Below the pieces are notes generated by a model, which ran no database searches, was not told the DNA's origin, and saw only the letters and a program-made list of their open reading frames with translations. 64,000 nt of DNA from Parcubacteria group bacterium Gr01-1014_30 (GTDB taxonomy: Bacteria > Patescibacteriota > Minisyncoccia > Minisyncoccales > 2-12-FULL-40-12): the NCBI GenBank assembly GCA_007376185.1, contig VMFS01000001.1, positions 94,206-158,205 of the forward strand, given 5' to 3'. The position numbers and the translations under genes were made by a program. Within the stretch, counting starts at the first letter, position 1, and each line of letters starts with the position of its first letter. Positions 8,574 through 17,797 of this stretch are shown here, in pieces.

Positions 8574-10481
8574 TCAGCGGCTTAAAGCTTTCTCCATAAA
8601 GGTGCGCCATATAGGCCCGGCCAGCACTATGCCGGGCTCTTGGCGCATTGGCGTGTTGTCGTTGTTACCAACCCAAACGCCGGCAACAATAGAGGGCGTG
8701 TAGCCCAAAATCCAGCCGTCTTTGAAATCCTGGGTCGTGCCTGTTTTGGCGGATACCTTATAGTTTTCAAAGTACATCACTGACCTTGGGCCGAAAATCG
8801 GCGTCCTTGCTTCGTTGTCAGACAGTATGTCTGAAATAAGCTCCGTTGGCTCTCTTTCTATAACCCTTTTGGGAGTTCTCTGGTTTTGTTCAATAACGTT
8901 GCCTTGCGAGTCCTCAATTCTCAAGACGGCCAAAGGAGCCACCTGAAGGCCTGCGGTGGCAAAAACACCATAGGCTGAAACCATGTCTAACAGACGCACC
9001 TCGCCTCCTCCAAGAACAATCGACAAGCCGTAAAAAGAAGGTGGCTGAGTCAGGGTGGTTATGCCGAAGTTTTGAGCCATATTAATAGAGTCCTGTAAGC
9101 CAGCGAGATCTGCCAGAACCTTTACTGAAGGCACGTTTAAGGATTGAGCCAAACCTTGCCTTAGAGTTACAGGCCCCCTGAAGCGACCGTCGTAGTTTTT
9201 GGGGATATATGGTTTTCCGCCCCAAAGGCCGAAGTTAGTTTCTTCATCAACCACCTCGTAATCTGCGTCGTAGCCTTTTTGAAAAGCCGTAACGTAGACA
9301 AAGGGCTTGAAAGCCGAGCCCGGCTGGCGAGACCTTAAAACCACGTTTGGGTAGGGTTCAAACAAGCAGTTTTTGCCGGGGACGCATCCTTTGGGCCAAG
9401 GGTCGCCAAACCAATCCTTTGAGCCGACCATTGCCAAGACCTCTCCGCTGTTTGGGTCAGTTGCCACGATAGCCGCGTTGTAGGCGCCCAAAGACGTGTT
9501 TCTTTGGGCTGCATTAGCAACAGCTTTCTCTGCGGCTTCTTGCAATTCCCAGTCCAAGGAAGTATAAACTTTCAAACCTTTCTCTCTCAAGAAGGCCTCC
9601 CCGTATTTTTCTTCCAGCCAGTCTTTTACCCACAGAGTAAAGTGCGGAGCTTTTATGGGTTGAGACGCTTTAGCAAACTGCAGTTCTTCAGCTTTTGCTT
9701 GCTGTGCTTGGTTTTGCGTCAAGAATCCGACCCTTGCCATTCTGGCCAAAACCACGTTTTTCTTGGACACTAGCTCTTGAAGGTTTTGGCCGTAAGGCGA
9801 AAGAAAACTCGGCGCCTGTATCAAAGCGGCCAGCGTTGCGGCTTCAGACAGTGTGATTTCCCTGACCGATTTTTGAAAATAAGTTTGGCTGGCTGCCTCC
9901 ATGCCGTAGGCGTTCTGCCCCAGCGGAATCTGGTTGAGATACCATTCCAAAATTTGGTCCTTTGAATAACGCCTCTCCATCTCCAGGGTTAAAATAACCT
10001 CTCTAATTTTTCTTTCAGGCGTCTTTTCCAATGTTAGAAACGTTGAGCGAATAAGCTGCTGGGAAATTGTGGAGCCCCCGTATACAGGGCTGCCCAGGCG
10101 AATGTTAATGGGTATTGATCTTAGGATGCCTCTAAAATCAAGGCCAAAGTGCTTGTAAAAGTTAATATCCTCTGCGGCAATGACGGCTTCAATTAAGTGT
10201 TTGGGCATCTCAGACAGAGAAGCCCAGGTTCTTTTTTCTTCACCATATATTTCGTACAAAAGCACTTCGCCTGAGCGGTCGTAGATTTTCGTGGACTGGG
10301 CAAGGGTTCTTTCTGTAAATTTTTCTGGCCTGGGCAAGCTTCTGCCGTAGTAAACGAACAAAGCCAAAACCAAGACGGTAAAGAGTAGGAGTCCGGTTCT
10401 TGAAATTTTCAAAACAAAAACCGCCTTTTTATTCATTCTTTTTTGCGAGTAAGTTTTCCGGTAATATTTTCTTTCGGGCAT
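8574..10481 (-). CDS. mrcA: class A penicillin-binding protein (bifunctional transglycosylase/transpeptidase, PBP1A)
   Basis: N-terminal TM helix. EDINFYKHFG is the GT51 motif. SAFKP (SxxK) and KTGTT are transpeptidase motifs. Confidence 0.85.
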   Translation of the reverse strand: MPERKYYRKTYSQKRMNKKAVFVLKISRTGLLLFTVLVLALFVYYGRSLPRPEKFTERTLAQSTKIYDRSGEVLLYEIYGEEKRTWASLSEMPKHLIEAVIAAEDINFYKHFGLDFRGILRSIPINIRLGSPVYGGSTISQQLIRSTFLTLEKTPERKIREVILTLEMERRYSKDQILEWYLNQIPLGQNAYGMEAASQTYFQKSVREITLSEAATLAALIQAPSFLSPYGQNLQELVSKKNVVLARMARVGFLTQNQAQQAKAEELQFAKASQPIKAPHFTLWVKDWLEEKYGEAFLREKGLKVYTSLDWELQEAAEKAVANAAQRNTSLGAYNAAIVATDPNSGEVLAMVGSKDWFGDPWPKGCVPGKNCLFEPYPNVVLRSRQPGSAFKPFVYVTAFQKGYDADYEVVDEETNFGLWGGKPYIPKNYDGRFRGPVTLRQGLAQSLNVPSVKVLADLAGLQDSINMAQNFGITTLTQPPSFYGLSIVLGGGEVRLLDMVSAYGVFATAGLQVAPLAVLRIEDSQGNVIEQNQRTPKRVIEREPTELISDILSDNEARTPIFGPRSVMYFENYKVSAKTGTTQDFKDGWILGYTPSIVAGVWVGNNDNTPMRQEPGIVLAGPIWRTFMEKALSR

Positions 10482-10769
10482 AGAGGGGATAGGAGCATTC
10501 TACTAAATTTGAGGCGGTTTCGCAATAGTTTAACAAAAAACCCCGACTTTATCGGGGCCTTTTATGAGCTACTCCACGCTTTCTTTCCCCGTCTCCTCTT
10601 CACTTTCTTCTTCTTCGTCAGTGTTTTCTTCGTCTTCGCCGGTGACAGAAGTCAAAATTTCGTCTTCGAAAATCATATTTAACTTTTTTGGTTCAGATTA
10701 ACTTGGCCGACCTTTGGCTTCACAGGGATAGTATAATTGCCCCAAAATACTTGTCAAGTGGGAGATCTA

Positions 10770-11063
10770 TTACAGCCTTTCCTTTTTAAATCTCTTTTCT
10801 TTTTTTACCCAGTGCCAGATTTCCAAAGGCAGCTTTACCTTATTTTTTTTGAAAAAATCCAGAATCTTCTTGCGGCACCTCGCAACGTTCTTTGGCGTAG
10901 TCAACTGAATATGTCTAAGTTTTCTTCCTTTTAGAGCCAGCAGGTCAATGATGCCGAAAACGTCGTTTTGTTTGAAGCGCACTTTTGAGGGATACCAGGT
11001 TATCCACCCCCTTTGTGCAAGCTCGGCAACCGCCTTTTTTCTCGTTTCCGTTTCCTTAGCCAT
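10770..11063 (-). CDS. small basic protein, possible Hjc/VRR-NUC-like PD-(D/E)XK resolvase-fold protein
   Basis: AVAELAQRGW...DVFGIIDLLALKGRKLRHIQL resembles the Hjc core (E...D...ExK), but Q/T stand where E/K are expected. The gene overlaps the yebC stop, in the position ruvC usually occupies. Confidence 0.35.
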   Translation of the reverse strand: MAKETETRKKAVAELAQRGWITWYPSKVRFKQNDVFGIIDLLALKGRKLRHIQLTTPKNVARCRKKILDFFKKNKVKLPLEIWHWVKKEKRFKKERL

Positions 11064-11613
11064 TTTTTACGTTATCATATATCTCTTGTACGCTGTCTAG
11101 TTCGTCAAGCTCGTCAAAGAGCTTTTGTAACGAACCTTTTGTTTTTTCGTCAACCTCAATTTCCTGCAATGGCTGCCATTCTAAGGACCCGGGCTCTTTT
11201 ACTTTCCTTTCAAACATCCATTTCACGCCTCCTTCTCCCACCAGTTTGCCCCCATGCTGGGCCAAAATCCGCTTTACCTCGCCTAAAGCGCGGTTTTTGT
11301 TATCGGTAATGCCCTCAATTATGATGGCTACCCCGCCCGGACCGTATGCTTCAAACAAAACCTCTTCCAGTTTTTCGCCTTCCACTGGACCTGAGCCCCG
11401 CAAAATAGCCCTTTCAATGTTTTCTTTGGGCATATTGCAGGTTCTCGCGGTTTCAATGACAGCTTTTAGCTTGGGATTTGCTTCGGGATTTGGCCCCCCT
11501 TCTTTAACCGCAACCTGAATCAAACGGGCCATCTTTGAAAAGATTTGCCCTCTTTTTTTGTCGCTCGCTTCCTTAATCCTTTTTACTGTTTTGGCATGGC
11601 TATGGCCGCTCAT
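11056..11613 (-). CDS. yebC: YebC/PmpR-family probable transcriptional regulator (short form)
   Basis: MSGHSHAKTVKRIKEASDKKRGQIFSKMARLI is the conserved N-terminus of the family. Confidence 0.8.
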   Translation of the reverse strand: MSGHSHAKTVKRIKEASDKKRGQIFSKMARLIQVAVKEGGPNPEANPKLKAVIETARTCNMPKENIERAILRGSGPVEGEKLEEVLFEAYGPGGVAIIIEGITDNKNRALGEVKRILAQHGGKLVGEGGVKWMFERKVKEPGSLEWQPLQEIEVDEKTKGSLQKLFDELDELDSVQEIYDNVKNG

Positions 11614-12524
11614 ACGTCTTTATTGTGATTATGAGTATTTTTTAATTTGTTTTTGAATAGCAAAATTGCGGTACCCGAAACCCCTGCCAGCAAAAAGGCG
11701 ATGAGAAAAACCGGAAGCCTCTCTTTGGTTTCTTGGTTAGAGTATGGCAACTCGAAGGGTTGCGCAGCTTGGGCCAAGCCGGTTTCCGGTAAATCTTTCT
11801 CATTTTCTATTTTAGGAGGTTTCAGGGCAGGGTCAACCCAGGCCAAACCTTGGCTTTTAATGTCTTGCAGAGTTTTTTCGCCAATCCCCTGCACTTTGGC
11901 CAAGTCGTCCAAGGAGTAAAAAGGTCTAACGTCTATTATTCTTTGGGCTAAAACTTGACCCACGCCGGCCAACTTTTGAAGCTCCTCGGCAGATGCGGCG
12001 TTGATATCTACTCTAAGGGGCGCTGGCTCCTTAGATGGCTGGACGGGTTTCGTTGCCGTAGAGGAGGAGTTGGGTTGAGGCGGCGCGGGAGGGGGCGTGT
12101 TTTGTGTGGACTCCAAGGTTGTTTCTTGATTTGCAGTTGTGAAGGTTTCCTGTTCTGTTGCGGTTTGTGTTTGTGGTTTTGGTGGTGGAGGCGGCGGCGG
12201 AGGAGGTTCGGAAGGAGGTTGCATATTAGGATCTGCCCAAGCTAAGCCTTGTGCTTTAATATCTGCCAGCCGCTTTTCCCCTATACCATTTACCTTGATA
12301 AGCTCGTCTATCGAGTAAAACGGCCTCGCTTCTATTATCCTGTGAGCTATGACAGGACCAACCCATTTTATTTTCTGCAACTCTTCAGACGAAGCGGTGT
12401 TAATGTCTACTTTTTCCTCCTCCGCCGCCCCGATCCAAGCCAAGAGAAGCAAGAAAAGGCAAACAATGACTACTTTTGACCCCCACACCAAAGCGTTGGC
12501 GTGGGGGCTTGACAAAGTTCTCAT
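11610..12524 (-). CDS. comEA: competence protein ComEA with duplicated helix-hairpin-helix DNA-binding domain
   Basis: Two copies of VDINxASxEELQKxxGVGxVxAxRII. A poly-Pro linker separates them and there is a TM helix. Confidence 0.8.
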   Translation of the reverse strand: MRTLSSPHANALVWGSKVVIVCLFLLLLAWIGAAEEEKVDINTASSEELQKIKWVGPVIAHRIIEARPFYSIDELIKVNGIGEKRLADIKAQGLAWADPNMQPPSEPPPPPPPPPKPQTQTATEQETFTTANQETTLESTQNTPPPAPPQPNSSSTATKPVQPSKEPAPLRVDINAASAEELQKLAGVGQVLAQRIIDVRPFYSLDDLAKVQGIGEKTLQDIKSQGLAWVDPALKPPKIENEKDLPETGLAQAAQPFELPYSNQETKERLPVFLIAFLLAGVSGTAILLFKNKLKNTHNHNKDV

Positions 12525-12757
12525 AATATATTAGAATAGGAATGTTATACAGCCCCAAAGCTGAGGGCCGGGAGTTTTTCTTAGAATGGACGGTTTGGCT
12601 GAGGCGAAACCCATCCTCAAGAAAGTTCTAAACTTTGTGTTCCTAAAACCAAGTGGCCCTCAGCTTTGGGGCTTCCCCGTATATCATCTTTCGGTCGCCT
12701 GCGGCGATAATTGCGTTTTTCAAGAACGCACCGAAAGTTGTATTACGGGGCTGATTT

Positions 12758-14062
12758 TTATTCTCCGGTCACGCGCTCCACTTCTTCAATCGTCGTTATC
12801 CCCTCTAACACCTTTATCAGCCCGTCTTGATGCATCAGAACCATTCCTTTTTTGATTGCCAAATCTCTCATGTCAACAATGGAGGGCGACTTTAAAATAA
12901 ACCTTTCCATTTGGTCGTCAACCAAAAACGTTTCGTAAATGCCTATTCTGCCCCGGTATCCCGTGTTGTTGCACTCTGAACATCCCTTAGCCTGCGGAAT
13001 TTTAAAGTACTTGGCAAAAAACGCTTTTGGCAATATTTCTTTTTTAACTTTGGCCAACCCTTTCTTTATTTTTTCAAGATTCTCTTTTGAAGGAGACACA
13101 AACTCGGCACACTTTTGACACACTTTTCTGGGCAGGCGTTGGGCTACAACCATGTTGATGGAGGGCGCTATGGAAACTGGCCTTACCCCAAGGTCAATCA
13201 GCCGCGCCACTGCACCCGAGGAATCGTTGGTGTGCAAGGTTGAGAAAACCAGATGCCCGGTCAAGGCAGCTTGCAGGGCGATTTCAGCTGTTTCTTTGTC
13301 CCTAATTTCGCCCACCAAAATAACGTCAGGGTCCTGACGCATTATGGATCTTAAGCCGTTGGCAAAAGTGTAGCCCCTTGACGGGTCAACTTGGGTTTGG
13401 GAAAGGCCTTCCAAGTGATACTCAACAGGGTCTTCAATGGTAATGATTTTAATTTCTGGTTTGTTTATGCGTTTCAAAACCGCGTAGAGCGTGGTCGTTT
13501 TGCCAGAGCCCGTGGGCCCGGTAACCACTATCATGCCGTTTGGTTTTTTAATTTCTTTTTTGAAAATTTCCTCAATGTCTTTTCTCAACCCCAGCGCTTC
13601 TATTTCAATCAAGTTTTTGGGATTGAGCAAGCGCAAGACCGCAGTTTCTCCTCTTTCTGAAGGCAGGGTAGATATTCTTATTTCTATTGCAGTGTTTTCC
13701 ACCAAGATTGTGAAACGCCCATCTTGCGGCCTGGTGGTTATGTTCAGTTTGATGCCAGAGAGCAGTTTGACGCGGGAAAGAAGCATGTTGTAAGTTTTTA
13801 AATCAAAAAGCTTGGCGTCTTGCAGAATTCCGTCAATTCTTAAGCGCAGTTTTGCTTTTTCCTCCTCGGGCTCCAAGTGCACGTCAGACGCCCCCAAGTA
13901 AAGGGCTCCTGCCAGCACGGTTTCTAACAGCTCTGTTGCCGAGGCGCCGATGAGCTTTTCAATTTCTTTGCCGAGGCCGGCGATATTTTCGACTGTTTTC
14001 TGAATCTGGGCGGCTCTTTTGGAAGAAATTTCCACCTCTCCGGTAATTTTTTCCCGTTCCAT
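12758..14062 (-). CDS. type II/IV secretion ATPase of the GspE/PilB family (short paralogue lacking the N1 domain)
   Basis: Walker A VVTGPTGSGKTTTLYAVL. A C-terminal tetracysteine CQKC...CSEC is present. Confidence 0.8.
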   Translation of the reverse strand: MEREKITGEVEISSKRAAQIQKTVENIAGLGKEIEKLIGASATELLETVLAGALYLGASDVHLEPEEEKAKLRLRIDGILQDAKLFDLKTYNMLLSRVKLLSGIKLNITTRPQDGRFTILVENTAIEIRISTLPSERGETAVLRLLNPKNLIEIEALGLRKDIEEIFKKEIKKPNGMIVVTGPTGSGKTTTLYAVLKRINKPEIKIITIEDPVEYHLEGLSQTQVDPSRGYTFANGLRSIMRQDPDVILVGEIRDKETAEIALQAALTGHLVFSTLHTNDSSGAVARLIDLGVRPVSIAPSINMVVAQRLPRKVCQKCAEFVSPSKENLEKIKKGLAKVKKEILPKAFFAKYFKIPQAKGCSECNNTGYRGRIGIYETFLVDDQMERFILKSPSIVDMRDLAIKKGMVLMHQDGLIKVLEGITTIEEVERVTGE

Positions 14063-14100
14063 GGTAAAATACTAAAGGTTATTGTAGATTATATTATCCT

Positions 14101-14604
14101 ATGAGAGTAGTCAAACGCCGAGCTCTGCGAAGCAGAGTGAGGAGGGAGATGCGACGAAGTCGCAGCGAGTTTACAAATAAAGCAGCCTCTACAATAAAGT
14201 TTGGAGAAGGGTTTGCCAAAAAAATTATCAAAACTGGAGTTGCCAAGAGGGCAAAAGTTTTAGCCCTGCAAGGCGAGCTGGGCGCTGGAAAGACAACTTT
14301 CATCAAAGGATTTGCCAGAGGGCTAGGCATAAAGGGCAAAGTCCTCAGCCCAACATTTATTCTGATTAAAAAATTCGCAATCCGCAATCCGCAATTCTTC
14401 AATTTTTATCACATTGATTGCTACCGTTTAAAAAACCCAAAGGACCTTTTGGACCTGGGTTTCAAAAAAATTATTGCCGTCCCTCAAAATATCGTCGCAG
14501 TGGAATGGGCTGCCAGAGTAAAAAGCATATTGCCGCGAAAAATCATCAGAATAAAATTCAAGACCATTGATAAAAACAAAAGAGAAATTATAATAAGCAA
14601 GTAA
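14101..14604 (+). CDS. tsaE: tRNA threonylcarbamoyladenosine biosynthesis ATPase TsaE
   Basis: LQGELGAGKTTFIKGFARGLGI...YHIDCYRL. The Arg-rich N-terminus may be spurious; an alternative ATG at 14149 is preceded by GAGGAGG. Confidence 0.7.
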   Translation: MRVVKRRALRSRVRREMRRSRSEFTNKAASTIKFGEGFAKKIIKTGVAKRAKVLALQGELGAGKTTFIKGFARGLGIKGKVLSPTFILIKKFAIRNPQFFNFYHIDCYRLKNPKDLLDLGFKKIIAVPQNIVAVEWAARVKSILPRKIIRIKFKTIDKNKREIIISK

Positions 14605-14605
14605 A

Positions 14606-15481
14606 ATGCAAAAAAAGCGACTCTTGGTTATTATTGACGCAAACTCTGTTATTCACAGAGCGTTTCACGCTTTGCCGCCTTTCACCACCAAGAAAGGAGA
14701 GCCGGTAGGCGCGATTTACGGATTCTTGCTTGTCTTTTTCAAAGCCATTAAAGATTTTGAACCCGACTTTGTGGCGGCTTGTTTTGACGTACCGGGCCCA
14801 ACTTTCAGGCACGCCAAGTTCAAAGAATACAAAGCCAAAAGGCCGCCGGCTCCCGAAGACCTATATAACCAAATCCCAAAAGTTAAGGAAGTTTTGCGCT
14901 CGTTTAACGTTCCAGTGTTTGAAAAGGCAGGTTTTGAAGCAGATGATATCATTGGCACGATAGCCGATAAAGCCCCCAAAAAGCAAGCTTTTCCCGAATT
15001 GGAAACGATAATTCTAAGCGGCGACAAAGACGTGTTGCAGCTGGTTGACAAAAACACAAAAGTTTACGCTTTGAGCAAAGGGGTAAAAGACGTTGTTTTG
15101 TACGACGAAGAGTTAGTTAAAGAAAAATACGGACTGAGGCCAAAGCAGCTTCTTGACTATAAAGCCCTGAGGGGCGATCCATCTGATAACATACCAGGAG
15201 TAACGGGCGTTGGAGAAAAGACGGCAACAGATCTTTTGGCGCGCTTTAACACCTTAGACAAGATTTACGAAAATATATCTCAAGTGCCAGACAAGCTGAA
15301 AGAAAAATTGCTCGCTTATAAAGACCAGGCCCAGCTTTCCCGAGAGCTCGCCAGAATAAATAAAGCAGTCCCCATTGACTTTAACTTACAAGATTGCCAA
15401 TGGGGAGGGTATGACAGAGCAAAAGCAGGTCAAGCCGTAAAAGAGCTTGAGTTTAAAAGTTTAGCGGAAAAACTGCCTTAA
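14606..15481 (+). CDS. stand-alone 5'-3' exonuclease (Pol I N-terminal / FEN-like domain)
   Basis: IDANSVIHRAFHAL, GDKDVLQLV and GDPSDNIPGVTGVGEKTA (H3TH) motifs. Confidence 0.8.
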   Translation: MQKKRLLVIIDANSVIHRAFHALPPFTTKKGEPVGAIYGFLLVFFKAIKDFEPDFVAACFDVPGPTFRHAKFKEYKAKRPPAPEDLYNQIPKVKEVLRSFNVPVFEKAGFEADDIIGTIADKAPKKQAFPELETIILSGDKDVLQLVDKNTKVYALSKGVKDVVLYDEELVKEKYGLRPKQLLDYKALRGDPSDNIPGVTGVGEKTATDLLARFNTLDKIYENISQVPDKLKEKLLAYKDQAQLSRELARINKAVPIDFNLQDCQWGGYDRAKAGQAVKELEFKSLAEKLP

Positions 15482-15485
15482 AAAC

Positions 15486-16211
15486 GTGCCGGAACTTCCA
15501 GAAGTTGAAACAATCAAGCGTCAGCTTGCGCGAAAGATTATTGGCAAGCAGCTGAAAGGACAAAAGATTATAAGCGTCCGGCGCAGAGGCAAGCTTTTAA
15601 TAATTGACTTTCAGAATGGCTCAAGTTTGGTTTTTCACTTGAAAATGACCGGCCAACTGATTTTGAACGGCGCCCGCGCTTCACACACGCGCCGCATTTT
15701 TCGCCTTAGTGACGGCTCTCAACTGGTCTTTAATGACGTCAGAAAGTTCGGCTGGTGGAAAAGGTTAAAAAAGGCGGAAAAGGAGTTGGGCGCTTTGGGT
15801 CCAGAACCCCTTGAACTTAACCTAAAATCTTTTAAGGATATCTTAGGGCGGCACCCCAGATCCCGCATTAAATCTTTGCTGATGGACCAAAAAGCTATAG
15901 CAGGTATAGGCAACATTTACTCGGACGAGATTTTATACAAAGCTCGAGTTCGTCCTTTGCGCTGGATTGAAAGTTTGAAGAGAGACGAGTTTTTGCGAAT
16001 TTTTGAAAGTATGAAAAAAATTCTTAAAGCCGCAATCAGACACCATGGCTCTTCCGCGAGGAATTATCGCGACCTTTTCGGCAAAGAAGGCGGCTACCTG
16101 AAATACCACAAGGTTTATCAAAAGAAAGAGTGCGCCAGGTGCGGGTCAAAGTTAAAGAGAGTTAAACTGAACGGAAGAAGCGCGCATTATTGCGAAAATT
16201 GCCAAATATGA
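15486..16211 (+). CDS. mutM: formamidopyrimidine-DNA glycosylase (Fpg/MutM family)
   Basis: N-terminal MPELPEVET catalytic Pro. C-terminal zinc finger CARCG...CENCQ. Confidence 0.85.
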   Translation: MPELPEVETIKRQLARKIIGKQLKGQKIISVRRRGKLLIIDFQNGSSLVFHLKMTGQLILNGARASHTRRIFRLSDGSQLVFNDVRKFGWWKRLKKAEKELGALGPEPLELNLKSFKDILGRHPRSRIKSLLMDQKAIAGIGNIYSDEILYKARVRPLRWIESLKRDEFLRIFESMKKILKAAIRHHGSSARNYRDLFGKEGGYLKYHKVYQKKECARCGSKLKRVKLNGRSAHYCENCQI

Positions 16212-17107
16212 TAATTCTGTTACACGGGCCCGATACCTACAGGTCTCGCCAAAAGCTACAAGAGATAGTTGAGCGTTACAGAAAAGTTCACAAAAGCGGA
16301 CTTAGTTTGACCTACTATGATGCGCTTTCGGATTCTTTTGAAAAGTTTTTTGACGAGTTCAGACAATTCACAATGTTCAAGGAAAAAAAACTTGTTGTTT
16401 TGCAAAATGTTTTCCAGTCAGAGAGTTTCAAAGAGAAGTTTTTGCGGTCTCAAAAGAGCTTCTTTAAAACCGACAACATTATTGTGATTTTTGAACAAGG
16501 TAAAGTTTTAAAGGGAGACCGCCTTTTCAAGCAACTTTCAAAAGAAGCGAAAACACAAGAGTTCTCTATTTTGCAAGGAACTCCTTTAAGAAATTGGGTC
16601 AAAAAAGAGTTTGAGAAATACAGCGCAAGGCCTGAACCGCAAGCTGTTGAGAAATTAATAGAGTTTGTTGGCTTTGACTCTTGGAGGATTGCTTCAGAAG
16701 TAAAAAAACTGGCCGCATTCAATAAAAGCGTTGACGAAAGAACCGTTGAGCTTTTGGTGTCTCAAAAAATTGATACAGACATTTTTAAAACCATTGACGC
16801 CATAGGCGCTAAAAACAAAAAACAGGCAATAGCCCTTTTGAAAAAACACTTGCTGTCTGGCGACCCGCCCCTTTATCTTCTTTCAATGATTAACTATCAG
16901 TTCAGGAACTTGCTTTTGGTAAAGTCGGGTTCTAAGCACCCAAATATGCACCCTTTTGTGGCCAGAAAGTCAGCAGAGCAAGCCAGGCGCTTTTCTTTTG
17001 AAGAACTGAAAAGAATTTACCGCAAACTTCTTGAAACCGACCTAAACATAAAAACCGGCAAACTTGATGCAGAAACCGCTCTGGATTTGTTGGTCGCTGA
17101 GCTGTAA
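16208..17107 (+). CDS. holA: DNA polymerase III delta subunit (HolA-like)
   Basis: Call rests on size, the MIILLHGPDTY start and a helical C-terminal domain. The ATG at 16208 overlaps the mutM stop (ATGA). Confidence 0.55.
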   Translation: MIILLHGPDTYRSRQKLQEIVERYRKVHKSGLSLTYYDALSDSFEKFFDEFRQFTMFKEKKLVVLQNVFQSESFKEKFLRSQKSFFKTDNIIVIFEQGKVLKGDRLFKQLSKEAKTQEFSILQGTPLRNWVKKEFEKYSARPEPQAVEKLIEFVGFDSWRIASEVKKLAAFNKSVDERTVELLVSQKIDTDIFKTIDAIGAKNKKQAIALLKKHLLSGDPPLYLLSMINYQFRNLLLVKSGSKHPNMHPFVARKSAEQARRFSFEELKRIYRKLLETDLNIKTGKLDAETALDLLVAEL

Positions 17108-17110
17108 TTT

Positions 17111-17365
17111 TTATTTCAGCGATTTCGCCAGGCGAGATTTTTTCCTGGAGGCGGTGTTTTTTTTGATAACGCCGACTTTGGCGGCTTTGTCCAGAATTTT
17201 GTAGAGTTCTGGCAAAAGCTTTTTGGCTTCGTCAGTTTTTTTGGCCAAAATTAAGGTTCGCGTTTTCTTTAAGAGCGTTTTTATTTTGTTTTTGTAAACA
17301 AGGTTTTTGGATTTTCTTCTTTGGCTTTGCCTTAAAGCTTTTTTAGCGGATTTGGTGATTGCCAT
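17111..17365 (-). CDS. rpsT: 30S ribosomal protein S20
   Basis: MAITKSAKKALRQSQRRKSKN is a typical S20 N-terminus. Confidence 0.85.
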   Translation of the reverse strand: MAITKSAKKALRQSQRRKSKNLVYKNKIKTLLKKTRTLILAKKTDEAKKLLPELYKILDKAAKVGVIKKNTASRKKSRLAKSLK

Positions 17366-17395
17366 ATTTTCAAAACAAGGTAAAATGACTATAAC

Positions 17396-17794
17396 ATGGC
17401 TGAAGAGAAATATCCAGTCCCGGAAATGAAGCCGGGCGAGGAAATCAAGATTCTAAAAGAGCGTTTGGAAAAACTCGAGACCCAGCTTTCAAAAGAAACG
17501 GTTCCGGTCGAAAAGGAAGAAGCGGTGAAGCAAGAAATCAAGAGCTACCTCCAAGAGCTTCAGCAAACGCCGAGTTTCGCTCCGCCAGCTAAAACCAAAG
17601 ATGAAGTTAGCGAAATTTCCAAGTTTGAGCCGAGTCAACAGGTCGGCGCTCTGGTCAGCTTAGTTTTTCAGAAGGGGCTGACGCAGGCAATTTCAGTTGC
17701 CAGAGACTTGGACAACCCCGCCATTTTGGATGAGTTTCATGACACACTGGCCGATCATTATTATCAGCGGTTGGTTGAAGAGAAAATTGTTTAA
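17396..17794 (+). CDS. hypothetical acidic protein
   Basis: Intact ORF packed tightly against the next gene. Confidence 0.35.
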   Translation: MAEEKYPVPEMKPGEEIKILKERLEKLETQLSKETVPVEKEEAVKQEIKSYLQELQQTPSFAPPAKTKDEVSEISKFEPSQQVGALVSLVFQKGLTQAISVARDLDNPAILDEFHDTLADHYYQRLVEEKIV

Positions 17795-17797
17795 GGC

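Noticed and set aside
12586-12855. 89-aa ORF upstream of comEA
   Set aside because: It spans the 20-bp inverted repeat and the bipartite motif and has no start context. Likely non-coding regulatory DNA.
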